A stretch of 54,007 nucleotides of DNA, filler included, from Basidiobolus ranarum (Eukaryota): assembly GCA_040143965.1 (NCBI GenBank). It is 3 parts of 3 records of this genome, joined end to end, with 100 filler letters (N's around TTAATTAATTAA, not from the genome) between each part and the next. Parts side by side here need not be neighbours in the genome. Positions count along the whole stretch, not along the records: positions 1 to 17,949 come from JASJQH010007162.1; positions 18,050 to 35,992 come from JASJQH010007163.1; 1 more part is not named here. One strand, 5' to 3'. The first letter of the stretch is position 1, and each line of letters begins with the position of its first letter. Position numbers and translations under genes: made by a program. Below, in pieces: positions 12,755 through 25,201 of this stretch. Under the pieces are notes generated by a model, which made no database searches, was not told the origin of the DNA, and saw nothing but the letters and a program-made list of their open reading frames with translations.

Positions 12755-13772
12755 AAAAGCTCCAAACCTTGGATATTTCCTGTGAACTTGGGTAGCTTCA
12801 TCTCACCACCCACATTGTTGAGAGTAAGTTGGTGCTTCCTTCGACGCAACGCAGGTTCCGTTTCATGCGCCGATTTGATGTATAGGTCATCCAACATCTG
12901 TCCAATGAGTACAGGATTGATTAGAAATCCCACCCTAATCCTACCAAGCGAAGATTTTGATCGATTTGTGATGCCAGGAGATGCCAGGTAATTTTTAATC
13001 TAGAGTTGAACGTTGCTACGGCATTAACGCAATGTAAAGATTCATGATTGTACCCTTGGATAAGTCAAGATTTAGGTAAATCATTTTGAACATAGTTTGG
13101 TGATTTGTTTGTACAGCGAGTAAATCACATAGCCCCAGGTAAATCACATAACCTAACCCTAATTTTCGTTGAACTCGTGGGCGCGACGTGAAAATACGTG
13201 AACATTAATTAGGGTGTAAGATAAAAAAAAGGTAAATAATCAAGTCATCATTACACCCTTGTAAACTACGTCAACCAAAACAAATGTGCGTTTGACATTT
13301 GGCCATTCAATTTGAATCGAAATCTTCCTACATGATATGGCCAATCACTGCTTGACAATGAGATGAGGGTTCTGATCCGAGTTTAGTCCGATGGGACCAA
13401 GAACTCTTGGTCTATTGATGACAACTGATTCTTATGTTATTTAGTGTAAGCATTAAGCATTGTGGATACTACGGGAATATTTCTTTGATAATGGTGATTG
13501 CTAGGGCGCTATACTTAAAATAATGGTGCTGAGGTAATGATAGCATTAATAGGAGAGTGGAATAAACCGATGGAATAATCCCAAGTTGTATGAATAAGCA
13601 ATTAAGGTGTAAAAGACCATTAGCTCTAGATAAACATAACATGTGATGAGAAACCGCCCGCTTCAATATTATCAGAGCACCTTTACTGCCTAGACATTCT
13701 TTTCTACTTGATAGCGTGTTTCTCAACAGATATTTCAAGAAATCCAAATAATACAAGTGATTCATACTGGCC

Positions 13773-14797
13773 TTACAAAATAAGGCATTTACTCTTCTTT
13801 TTTTCTTTACCGTTGGCCGTGTTAGACCTACGATCGGCATCATTCGAGGCTCTTATCATTCTGACCACCGAGTAGAATGCCTTTTCGACATTGATCGCGG
13901 TTTTAGCTGAACTTTCAATAAATTCACATCCTAAGCGTTTTGCCAATCCAAGTCCTTCTTCTTTAGAAACCTCTCGCTCACTAGTTTTATCACATTTATT
14001 ACCGACCAACATCATGGCAACCGTGTCCGTATCTTTCACACGAACAATTTGATCACGAAAACGTTCGATTCGTTCGAATGTGGAGCGAGAAGTGATAGAG
14101 TACACTAAAAGAAATCCCTCACCATCGCTGAGTTATTCAGAATGTTTAATAGTTAGAGAATTAGGATTATCTAAGTAAAGTTAAAGAAGTCGACAAACCG
14201 AATCCATTGATCACGCAGTGCTGTATATTCCTCTTTGATACGATAATAAAAATGCTCTGATAAATGGATAGAACTTATAAAGTATTTCTTTCTTCATGGA
14301 AGTTACTTTACCTTGACCCGCAGTATCAAGTACTTCTAGCATACACGAATGGTCGTCAATAACTGCTTGTTTACGGTAGGAATCTTCGATAGTAGGGTCG
14401 TATGTCTGGAAAAGTCCAGTTTAACCATTTTGTTTACGAACATTTATAGAAAATAAATGAACTCTCACTAACCTCTGTTGTTTAATTGAGTCGGATTAGA
14501 GCAGAAAGTGTAAGTTGTAATGAGATATGAAGTAAGAAGAGAAGAATAAACTCAATTCGGTACAATATTTACCAACAAAGTGATTTAAGCAAAGCTATAG
14601 TTTGTAATAAGTTAATAAAAGAATATAACTAAATAAATAACAATATAATCCCCTCACCTGAATAGTGAGTGCAGTCTAAGAAAACACAATGGAGAAGAAT
14701 CAGTAGGATAATTTTGAAGTTTGGGAATTTCTTCGTTACAAATATTTACCTTTCCTACACCACCGTCACCTAAGACTACAACTTTATAAAGAATCAT
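13773..14797 (-). CDS. ras2: Ras GTPase, fungal Ras2/RasB type, 7 exons
   Basis: Exons 14797-14750, 14675-14658, 14594-14573, 14474-14473, 14405-14312, 14232-14199, 14127-13773 give [51 protein letters not shown], ending [10 protein letters not shown]. Confidence 0.93.
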
Positions 14798-15701
14798 GTG
14801 TTTAAAAGCTATGGATTAATACTTGAATCGAACAGAATCGAGTCACAATTATTTAAAGGTATGAAGAGCAAGTTTGTCTTGGCACACACGAATAAGAAAG
14901 GTACTTGTAACGATCTAGGAATAGGATTTAGGAATAGGATGAAGTGTGGGGAGAGAGTAACAGGTGAGGGGTGAGATAAGGTGAGGTATTAGGTGAACAG
15001 AATACCAAATACACAATGTCCGGAAATTAGGAATCATTGATAATTCAATCTAGCCTTATATACTATTTGATGGTCTCAGTGCAAACAAAGATCGTTTTCC
15101 TGGATATATCTCCTAACATTCGCCCTTGGCTTGGTGGCACCGACTATGTAAGAAAGAGGAGGAAAGATTGACTATCAGAGGAGCAATAAGAGACACTTGT
15201 TTATGAAAAGTCTAGTCAGATGGTTAGAGAAGTACATCTGATTCTTAGACGATCTGGTCGAACCAATCTAAGGCCAATACATTGGTTTAAGGAACTTAAT
15301 TATAAGTAATGGTCAGTCAGGCAACCAGGCTAGGGTTAGGTCAAAGCAAGCACCTTAAATTGTTTCGATATGTCTAAGTATGGCAAGCGAGTTAATTTTC
15401 TTTAGTCTCACCTTCAGCTTCTCTATAAATACCTGGCGTAGTCCTAAATGTTTACGATTAGAAGCATCTTATTCTCAGCATTGGTGAAATTTACCAAAGT
15501 ATTCCTTTATTCCAGCTATACTCCAACTCTCGATCAGATCTTAGATCGCCTCTCACACGTGGAGGCAACCCTAACCCTAAGTCAGCTATCCCTGACCTGA
15601 CCTGACATGTATATGATTGTTAAGCGTACGCAAGTGATTAAATTTTATGGTTTTATTAACGAATGAATTCAATATTAAACAAATTCATGACAGAAAGATG
15701 T

Positions 15702-16481
15702 CTAGTATTTGATCTTCTTTTCTTGGGCTTTACTCAAGTAGTCAGAAAACTCTTGATAAGGTGCAACGGAAAACTTGGTTTCAGTCCACAAATCGGGAGT
15801 TAAGAAACTGTAGGTGTTGCCAATGGCAGCAAAGGTGGCCTTGACGAAGTTACCCAAAGTACGAGTGGAACCACGAGCAGTGGTGTAACAATCGGTGATA
15901 CCAGCCAACTGCAAGACCTTCTTAGGGGTAGGAGCAGCGACGATACCAGTACCACGAGGGGCAGGAACAAGACGAGTGACGGTGGAGCCACACTTACCAG
16001 TTACCTTGGCGGGAACGGTATGAGGCATACCGAGGGAAGAACCCCAGTAACCTCTACGAACAGGAATGATGCTAAGCTTAGCAAGGATGATACCACCACG
16101 AATGGCAGTAGCAACTTCCTTGGCGCACTTGACACCGAGCCCAACATGACCGTTGGAGTCACCAATGAGAACGAAAGCCTTGAATCTAGTTCTTTGACCG
16201 GCAGTGGTTTGCTTTTGAACAGGCATGATCTTAATGACCTCATCCTTTAAGGTAGGAAGGAAATAATCAATGATTTGATATTCCTTGACGGGAAGAGAGA
16301 AAAGATAGATTTGCTCAATGGACTTGATCTTGCCATCCTTCACAAGACGACCAAGCTTGGTAACAGGGACCCATTCTTTTTCTTCGTCCTTGCGACCACC
16401 ACGACGACCACGTCCGCGACCACCACGTCCACGTCCAAAACCACCACGTCCACGACTATCGGCCGGTGCAGAATCAGCCAT
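15702..16481 (-). CDS. RPS2: 40S ribosomal protein S2 (uS5)
   Basis: RGG-rich N-terminus, [29 protein letters not shown]. Probable 5'-UTR intron: CTAAT branch at 16507-16511 and TAG acceptor at 16485-16487. Confidence 0.98.
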   Translation of the reverse strand: MADSAPADSRGRGGFGRGRGGRGRGRRGGRKDEEKEWVPVTKLGRLVKDGKIKSIEQIYLFSLPVKEYQIIDYFLPTLKDEVIKIMPVQKQTTAGQRTRFKAFVLIGDSNGHVGLGVKCAKEVATAIRGGIILAKLSIIPVRRGYWGSSLGMPHTVPAKVTGKCGSTVTRLVPAPRGTGIVAAPTPKKVLQLAGITDCYTTARGSTRTLGNFVKATFAAIGNTYSFLTPDLWTETKFSVAPYQEFSDYLSKAQEKKIKY

Positions 16482-17826
16482 TTGCTAATATCATATTAAA
16501 ATAATGATTAGGAAAGGTTTTCGCGATATGAATGAACACACTTGAGGGGATTGTAAACGTGGGTATTGATGGATGTAATAACAACTGGAATAGAAGCGAA
16601 AATTGAAGAATAACTTACATAATCTATTGTCTTAGATATAACCCTTAGGGAAAAATTAGGGAGAAGAAGGAGTTTCCTCTCATATAAACATAAACCTTTA
16701 ACTATTGAGTGAAAATTTTGATTCATTCTGATCTTACCAATCAAATCCCCCGATTTCCTCAAAATTTTCTATTGACTCAGAATCCAGTATTTCTTGATCT
16801 CTCCCTATCATCGATGATTGGGATAATTTAAACCAGTATTAATGAATAGTTTAAACCAATATTTAAACATGATTTCGGATTTCGACCTTGATAAGCTAAA
16901 GGTAATGAAAAGTGCAGAAAGAAATATTTGGGTTTCCCATTACTGAAACCCGATTATTGAACCTAAACTTCAATTAAACCCAGTGCAAGTATAAGGATGT
17001 TCAAACTACACTCCTTGATAAGCTTCATCTGAAGCAGATTAGTTTTAAAGAGGAACATTAATACTTCTTTGTTTCAAGTTATGCTATGCTTCTTGTAGTT
17101 CAGGGTGAAATCATGTGATCTCTACCAATTAACCCGCGACTAAAAGGATAATTGAAATGATCGAAATTAGTCAACTAATAGTAAGGATAAGTTAACTACG
17201 AAGCAAGACACGATGTTTATGAATCTTTGAGCATCAAGTAGATCTTTGATATATTGATGTGATTGATGATGGCTTAGACGACTCAGCCTAGGTAATGAGA
17301 AATAGTCAGGGGTTCATAGTTCTGAGTCCATGTTTTACTGATTTTGACTATAATAAAAACTTGTACAGCATTAAACTACGCTCATTGGTTACTAACCAAT
17401 AATCAATATCGTAAGGTAACTCAATTGGGGAAACATCTCATTCTTATTGTAGACTATGCCCCAGGGCGACGCAATACAAAGAGATATACTACATTCAACA
17501 AATATCCCCATTTTAGGGTAGTAAAAGACATGGAAGGAATACCGATTTCCACTCCACTGGACATGTCAAATTGTAACTTATGGTCAACTTGTAGCAAGTT
17601 CCTTTAAGTGAAAGTGAGAGTTTTTATTCTTCTTTTAAATCTTAAAGAAATATATCGCTTAAAATGGTAAAAAATCAGTAATTAGGAAAGAGGGAATTGG
17701 GACATGGATATTTCCGCTGTAGTGTCTTGCCAAAATATTAGTCATTATGCAAGAATGTCTTGTTCAAGAAATCAAAGGAATCAGATTTTTATGTAAGATA
17801 CAAATACTTGTAACCTTACTTCATGC

Positions 17827-17949
17827 TTATTTGTCAAGGTAGGCACAGAGTTCAGCATCCTTACCAGTAGCTCTGGTGTTCAAGATAAGACCAACAATCA
17901 AACCAGAAAGCACCAAGCCTTAGGCGAAAATTAGAATCAAACTCAGAGC
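17827..17949 (-). pseudogene. 3' end of a V-ATPase proteolipid subunit c (Vma3/Vma11-like) with an in-frame stop; pseudogene or contig-end errors
   Basis: Translates ALSLILIFA*GLVLSGLIVGLILNTRATGKDAELCAYLDK*, matching the family helix 4 [22 protein letters not shown]. Confidence 0.7.
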
Positions 17950-18049
17950 NNNNNNNNNNNNNNNNNNNNNNNNNNNNNNNNNNNNNNNNNNNNTTAATTA
18001 ATTAANNNNNNNNNNNNNNNNNNNNNNNNNNNNNNNNNNNNNNNNNNNN
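17950..18049. other. Assembly gap with artificial linker
   Basis: N run with TTAATTAATTAA (stops in all frames) at 17994-18005. Confidence 0.97.
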
Positions 18050-18921
18050 ACAACATCTTTCGTGGTGACGATACCAACAAGTTGGCCATTTTCCATGACC
18101 AATACTGCGTTGGTTCTTTGTTCCTTCATTATTTTGGCTGCGTCATGAACACTTGTTCTAGGGGAAACTTCGGGTGGGTTAGTTCCATCCAGGAGGACAG
18201 ATAAATCTGGACAGGCCATTTTATCACGCAAAGATTCCATAAAACGAAGCATGGGAGCTTGTTGAACGGACCATTCCTTCTCAATTCCCTCCAGAGCGTC
18301 ATATAATTTTCTGCTAGAGCCATAAGCACGCTCCATTCTATCCAAAGCCTCACATAAGCATTTTGTGATGTCAAGTAAAGCGACTACGTCCCCTTCCTCA
18401 TTACAAATGGGTAAATGGCGGAAGTTGTGGTAGACCATGATATTCAAAGCATCACTGGCCGAGGTATCATTAGTTACACAAAGTGGGTTCTTAGTCATAA
18501 TGGTTGAAACTGGAATGTTACGAGCATCTTGAGATTGAGCCACAATACGATATGTAAGGTCCACAGAGGTGAAAATTCCGCACAAATGTTCGTCAGCATC
18601 CACTACCAATACACTGTCAGTTCTTTTCGCAGCCATAAGTTGAGAAGCCTCAATAATGGATATATTTTCACGAATAGTTAAAGCAGCGGAGTGGTGTAAG
18701 GCAGATACGGTACCGGGGGTTTTCTTGGAACGAGTGGCTTGACGTTTGGGAGTAGTTTTCTTACGAGAAAGTTCGGCTTCAGCCTTTTTGCGGATAATTT
18801 CGTCTCTCTTAGACTGTCTTTGACGAGCAGAGCTTGCAGTGCTCTCAACAGTTGAAATAACATCAGCATCACGAGAGGCTGAAGTGACACTTGCAGATTT
18901 ACGAGTGTTGGTTCTTTGCAT
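18050..18921 (-). CDS. Multi-CBS-domain protein (CBS/PB1, Mug70-like), 3'-truncated by the gap
   Basis: RQRQSKRDEIIRKK leader, then CBS repeats (EASQLMAAKRTDSVLVVD, IMTKNPLCV, FRHLPIC, LVGIVTTKDV). Confidence 0.85.
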
Positions 18922-21137
18922 GTCTAAAGGATAACCTAACGATATGAAATTTAACGGAATATGAGAAAATTTATTGGGTCTTTTTCGATAAGTTTCTGCT
19001 TACACCAAAATTAACGAGTGTAAATAGGCTTCCTGTATTCCAAGTGACAAACAAGCACACACACCAAATGTTTTTAGAGGGAAGTAAGATGAATTACAAG
19101 TACAATGTATAGATTGAAGTCTCATTCTGAATCATCTCATTGGGTCGAATTAATTGAAATCATTGGAGGCAATAAAATTTTAGGTAGCTTGATATATTAA
19201 TATCCAATTTTGTAATTTTTTGAATGGTATATAGATAAGTATATATTAGCGCACCTGCCTGGCCCCAAAGAAATCGAATATTCAGAGTGGGGTAGTAAAC
19301 AATGGCTTGATCAAGTTTGCTATGATCTGGAGTTAATATTTGGATTTAAATACGAACCATTATAAACGTCATGGTTCATGCTAACAGTGACGAAGTGCAT
19401 TATGGAAACACACTTGGTGTAAATGTTGAAATTAATATTGTTACTAAGTGCGTAACATTGTGTCTCTGTTGCTGATAATTGGCTCATAACGTAAATAGAT
19501 TCTTTACTTTTCTAGATTCCTGTCTCCTAATAAAATAAAAGCCCGTTGGGAGTCAAAGACCAAGGTATCAATTGAGATCATACCTCACGAATATGTATGA
19601 AAGTTGGCTCATACCAACTCTTGAGAAATGTAGCCAGATATTGCCTCGAAGTGTTCACCGATGTGTGTAAAGGCTCGTTGCTACGGGAAAATCGATTTGG
19701 GACATCTGGCTATCTATGTGAAGCTTTATTGGCATTCTAATGTATATCATGTAGTTGACAAAAGCAGAAATATCGGGATAATTACGCCAAGTGGACTGTT
19801 AGTAGTAATACAATGTGATCAACAATGCAATTTTACTCGAGATAATGCTTGGATTTGTAATGGCACTTAGTACGTTACATATGATGAACCTGCGTGTGCT
19901 TTATTCTCAATTACTGTATCCATAGACATCTATGAATCTGTACATATGAAAGTATTTCTAATTTATATTTCATGGTATGTATTAGAATTCCATACCAAAC
20001 ATTCAAATGAATATACAGATATCTCGATGTTGGCTAGACCTGATAATAAAACAAATAGCTCCATAGGCTTCCCACAGCAATGAGGTTTTACATACATCAG
20101 TGAACACTGTGGGGTAACATCGGTTACATTTCTCAAGAGTAGGCTAGAAAAATTAAATTGCACTCCTACATTTATGACTAATTACATACGATTACAGATC
20201 TATATTTTTAGAAATATATAATGCTTCAAATCTGATTTTAAGTTTTATAGATAATCGCCGAATTTTAATTACTACTTCACTGTGCTTTAAGAGTTTCTCA
20301 CACTGAAGTAGTATTGTTGTGAAAGAACCATCGGAAGGCAGTTAGCCAATGAACAGCCCCTGAATCATTTTACACCATGACATTGCCCAACCTTTCAGTG
20401 GGCAAATTTTCTCTTGGTCATTTATTCATTGAGACATCTGTATTTCAATCGGCATATCTATCCTATTCCCATACTTCAATTGATACAGCTATTCCTTCAT
20501 TCTTGTTTTATGGAACTCAGGATGGAACGCTCTTCCGGTGGAAACTAGGGCCAATAGGGATAGTATTTAAGCTACATTGAAGAAAGAAAGTATATTGCTT
20601 GCACAGATATTTATCTGGTCGAAAAGATTTGATAAGAACTATCTGACAACACCACAAGCGCTGAGCTACAGTAAGTTAGGTATATCTCAATAGTCAGAGT
20701 TCATGATCGTAATGGATATGAGGCAGAAGTTGAATGGTTGTCATGGTTAGATACGATTGAGGAGCAGATCATTAATGCTGCTATTGTGTTTGATTGCTCT
20801 AGGTGCTTACACTTTCAGCTGCTGGTATATTTGACTGAGAATACTTTTCTGAGTACTTGCCGTACGGGCGGGTAACTTGTAGTAGTTAGCTATTGGTGTT
20901 GGAATATTAGAGTAATTAGAACACCATCTAAATGAAAATTGACTTGGTGGAAAAATACCAATACTGCTTATAGTTTTGAAGGCAAACAAATTTGATGTAG
21001 TGGGCTCCTATTTTGGTATGAAGCAAATAGAATCATTACAGCTCTGGAGTGCTTTTAGAATATAGTTTAATCATTGATTTGACCGCTACAAGTGTAACAA
21101 AATTTACATGCAATGATCCTGGGTGACTGGACATAAC

Positions 21138-21623
21138 TTACCAGCCTTTGCTAAAGCCAATACCCATAACCGCCAATGCCAATACAAATTCCATCGATCC
21201 AAATACAAAGTCAATAATACTATTGGCAATCACAAGATCTATAAGGACCCACATAACTCCCACCACGAAGTAGATCCAAGTCAGGATCATCGAGCCACGG
21301 GTCAATCCGAAACCAAGAGTGCTAGCAGTCAGCATCCAGAGCATCGTGATGAACACGTTACGAGCAACCTTCTGAGCTCGGGTAACATTCCTTTTTGACC
21401 CCTTCAGTTGTCTTGTATTATTCCCAGGGGTTGTAGTAGCATTGGTGTTGTCAGGAGTGTTTGTAGTAACAGCGTTACTAACAGGCATAAGGCCCATTCC
21501 GTGGTCGGCAAGGAGTAGCAAGGCCCAGATGATCCAGAAGGTAAAGAGCGCGATGAAAGAATCGCGGACATTTCTGTTATTAGCGAAACGAAAGTTGTTG
21601 TACGCTGGGTTAGTTGGATCCAT
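21138..21623 (-). CDS. Uncharacterised 4-TM membrane protein, paralogue A
   Basis: 161-aa intronless ORF with four hydrophobic segments; clear similarity to 22750-23277. Confidence 0.85.
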   Translation of the reverse strand: MDPTNPAYNNFRFANNRNVRDSFIALFTFWIIWALLLLADHGMGLMPVSNAVTTNTPDNTNATTTPGNNTRQLKGSKRNVTRAQKVARNVFITMLWMLTASTLGFGLTRGSMILTWIYFVVGVMWVLIDLVIANSIIDFVFGSMEFVLALAVMGIGFSKGW

Positions 21624-22749
21624 AACTTGAATGTGTGTGAACTGCTACTGTCAAGTAAAAGGGAGTTTGAATATACAATTTTGTATTCACCGCGCTCCTC
21701 TCTTATACTATCTTGCCTCTTGCTTATTTGGAATGGTTGAGTCTAGCTTAGTGTCAGGTTTCTTAATAAAGATGAGAACCTATGTCATCTTGTCATCACT
21801 TTCTAGTGACAGATTCCTGGTAAAGCTGTTAATTAACCTTTTCATCTCCTTAGTTATCAAGGTGAGCTAATATTCATATTGTAGTGATATAGGAGTCCTA
21901 AATTCAACTATCAATGTTATTATATATTCTGCAACATTGTGGATTAATGACTCAATTATTGCTGACTGTATCGCCGTTTTCTAATTTAGATCTAACAACT
22001 TTCACCGCTCCTCGCGTTAGTGACCCAATATTTAGTGGTATTGCTATGTGGTAGTGGTATATGAAAGCTTCTGACAGTCTCGAATAAGGTCCATTAGTGA
22101 GACTTTCACGTGCTTTGATTGCATGTAAAATGAGGTTGTAGTTTTTCTGGTTATGCTAGGTAGATGAAATGACTGTAGGTCTCAGGCTTCGATAATTATA
22201 TATTGTATCATGACTTTGATTTGATGGTGTTGGATGTGCTGATCGTCGAGCTCAATAGCTCAGTGCATTACATAATGGGAAATTTGGACATTTCTGGTAA
22301 GTATGACTATACAAGAATCTCGTAATACAAACAAGAGAGCTATTCATCCTGACTATCTACAACATATCTGCTACTAATGCAGTAGCATTACCAATACAGA
22401 CTACAAAGGTGAATTTTGTTTAGTGACAGGCTCCTTCCAATTGCAAGGAAAATAGTGACGGTTAATGATACATGACGAACAAGACTTGACAAAAGTAGTT
22501 ACTTTAATGCTAGGTCATTTAGGTGTGATTCACAATGATGTAAGGATAAAGGTAGCAACGATGCAGCGGAATCTCATGATTTAATATTAAGACATTCTCT
22601 TTAGGTGATACATTGATACTTCAAGATATCGTATATAACTTTGAGGTATCCTCACCTGAAGTTAACAGTAATAATTCTAACCAAATAATTCCTCCAAATA
22701 GTCACTATTATAGGTTCAAAATCTCTTACCAACTAACAAAACAAAGAAA

Positions 22750-23277
22750 ATGGCCCTTCAGGATCATATAAATCTCTGGAGTAGGAATGATCGCTATGTT
22801 CGCGACTGCTTCATCGCACTCTGGGCATTGTGGATGATATGGTCGCTACTACAACTAGCAAAATACTTCATCACCTGGAATGACCGTGCCCTTACACACG
22901 CTACCAGTGCACCGGTTATGCGTGAGCGAGTTGGATCCTCCGAATCTGCCCATGTGGCTGTCGAAGGTCAAACAGCCTCGTCAGCCGTCTCCACCGTCAC
23001 CCCAAAGCTGACTCCCTTCAGTGAAAGAATAGCTCGTGCGGAGGCGTTAGCAAGGGGCCTATTCATCACCTTCCTATGGGTATTAATTGCTAGTACCGTT
23101 GGCTATGGAATTACTCGTGGTTCTATGATTATTGCGTGGTTATATTTTGCTGTAGCTCTGATATGGATATGCGTGGAGCTTGCAATATCACACTCGATCT
23201 CCAGAGTTAGCTTTGGAATAGTAGAATTTGCCTTCGGCTTGGCCATTATGGGAATTGCCTTTCAATTCGGATGGTGA
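22750..23277 (+). CDS. Uncharacterised 4-TM membrane protein, paralogue B
   Basis: 175-aa ORF sharing VRDxFIAL, ARxxFITxLWxLxAST, TRGSMI and LAxMGIxFxxGW with paralogue A. Confidence 0.85.
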   Translation: MALQDHINLWSRNDRYVRDCFIALWALWMIWSLLQLAKYFITWNDRALTHATSAPVMRERVGSSESAHVAVEGQTASSAVSTVTPKLTPFSERIARAEALARGLFITFLWVLIASTVGYGITRGSMIIAWLYFAVALIWICVELAISHSISRVSFGIVEFAFGLAIMGIAFQFGW

Positions 23278-25201
23278 AGTAGGAGCAAATACAATCGAAG
23301 GAAATAGCAATGTGAATAGCTTAATAAACAATAGTAGGCATAATTAATTTGAATTGCTGTATGCAATATCTGTTAGTTGCTTCAACAGGGTTTTAAATAA
23401 ATGTTTGTACAATTCCATCTGTGATGCTCAGTTTAGGTCCTATGTCAATGTTGCTCCTCGACGGAATGAACCTGCATCATAGGATTCGCCTATGCGAGGC
23501 AGCCATTGAATTTATAATGTGCTTAAAGAGTCATTGCCTTTATTGGCTTAATCCATGATGAACATATGAGGAGATTAGTATTCTAATGGCCGTGTTAAGA
23601 TTTTGATACTAGTTTGGGCCAGCTCATCACTCAGTCTGTTGGCAGAATCTGGTTCACATTATTGTTGTGGATCATGAGCAGTTCTTTACCCAACATCAGT
23701 AACATGAGCTTTGAGAACAGATAATAGTCAAATGTGCTCTCGTCCAAATATAGCCATCAAGAGCTCATGACCTATAGGTCACCACAAATTGACTGTTAAT
23801 GATTCTGCTTATCAAACTTAGTCTGTAATAGTGGAGAATCAATGTCTCGTCTTATTATGAGCGAGCCTGGAAACTCCGCAATCCTGTAGAACAGTCAGCT
23901 TGGATTCTGGATTGAAGTTCGACCCTGAACACAGCTGAGAAATATTGTGAGCTAAGCTACCCACAAAAGATAGTTTACTATTGAATTGGTCGCATACCAA
24001 TAGCCAATCACTCCGATAATCGAGCCAAATCTCGCATTTCAGTGGCAGCATGATATCCAGTTGAATCTATGCATTACAAATGATAGAATGGTCATCAGAA
24101 TATCTGGATTTGACTTCGTTGAGATAAGACTTGGCACGTAAGTATACACGTTGTCATTAACAAACTACAGATCGAAACCCATAATTCGCCATGGATCCCT
24201 TAAGCTCAATCTACGATAATCTGTGACTGACTACAGAAGTATGTAGAATTTGTATATCCCCAAATCACGCTTACTAACGTATGCACTGACTTGATTTTTG
24301 CAAGAGTGAAATTCAGTAAGGATTGGTAACGATGAAGAGACTATATATTACGGGAGTGTAGCAGATGATCTAATGGGTAAACCCGTAGCTTTTCGGAATC
24401 GACCGGCTTTGCTATCAAGAGATGTCAACATACTACCACTTTGAAGAGAAACAGTAACAGCTGCTACCCTTTGACATCACTCGTTACGGGGAATAATTTA
24501 GAAAACACTAAGAGTGCTAATGAGATGTCTAGCCTTTTAATATTTCTCTACGAAAGGAGGCACTAGATTGTATCGCAACTTAATATCAGAGTCTAGAATT
24601 ACCAGAATCACTGCCCATGATAGCTTATTGGCGTCTAGTCAAATCTCTACATAGTGTTTGAGAAGTTTTCACTAGAAACCTCCTACAGAGCCACACACCG
24701 GTGTTATCGCATGAAATTCCATCTAAGTTTGAGACTTCCTAATGAAGACGCATTAACAGCACTTGGGTGCTAGGATTCACATGTAGGCCCTTGAGAGTAC
24801 CTGATTGGCTTATCCGCGGTCTTATCACTCTCCCATCTGAGAATATATATTGTTAATAGATTTTAAGTCGGCTATAGCAGCCGTGACTTGATAAATGCTT
24901 TTTGCTAACCAGGAATCGATCGGGGATTGCAGTCGCTAAACGAGAACAATGGTCATCAGGTTGTCGTTACGTATATGAAAATCAGCGCGAGGATACTTGC
25001 GAACTAACAATAAATTTACGCGTGCACAAACACCTAAACTTGGACCACAATTTTCTTGATTTTATTATCAGATCAGACAAAAATCATCTAGCACATGTCT
25101 TGATATGATTTATAACCGTATTATGAGTTCGGTTGGAGGTAAATGATGGATTTGATCCAACCGGATAGATGATTGGACTACTCCATGAATAGATTCATGT
25201 G

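Noticed and set aside
12578-12991. 137-aa ORF and its antisense ORF
   Set aside because: No recognisable motif; lies in the probable Whi5-like promoter.
15800-16499. Overlapping ORFs within RPS2
   Set aside because: Shadow frames caused by biased codon usage.
16485-17070. snoRNA in the RPS2 5'-UTR intron
   Set aside because: A CTGA is present but no well-spaced canonical C box or terminal stem was found.
17994-18005. TTAATTAATTAA palindrome in both N runs
   Set aside because: Identical and centred in both 100-nt gaps: a scaffolding linker, not biology.
20377-20580. WD40-like fragment (YGTQDGTLFRW)
   Set aside because: Single short motif with no extendable gene model.
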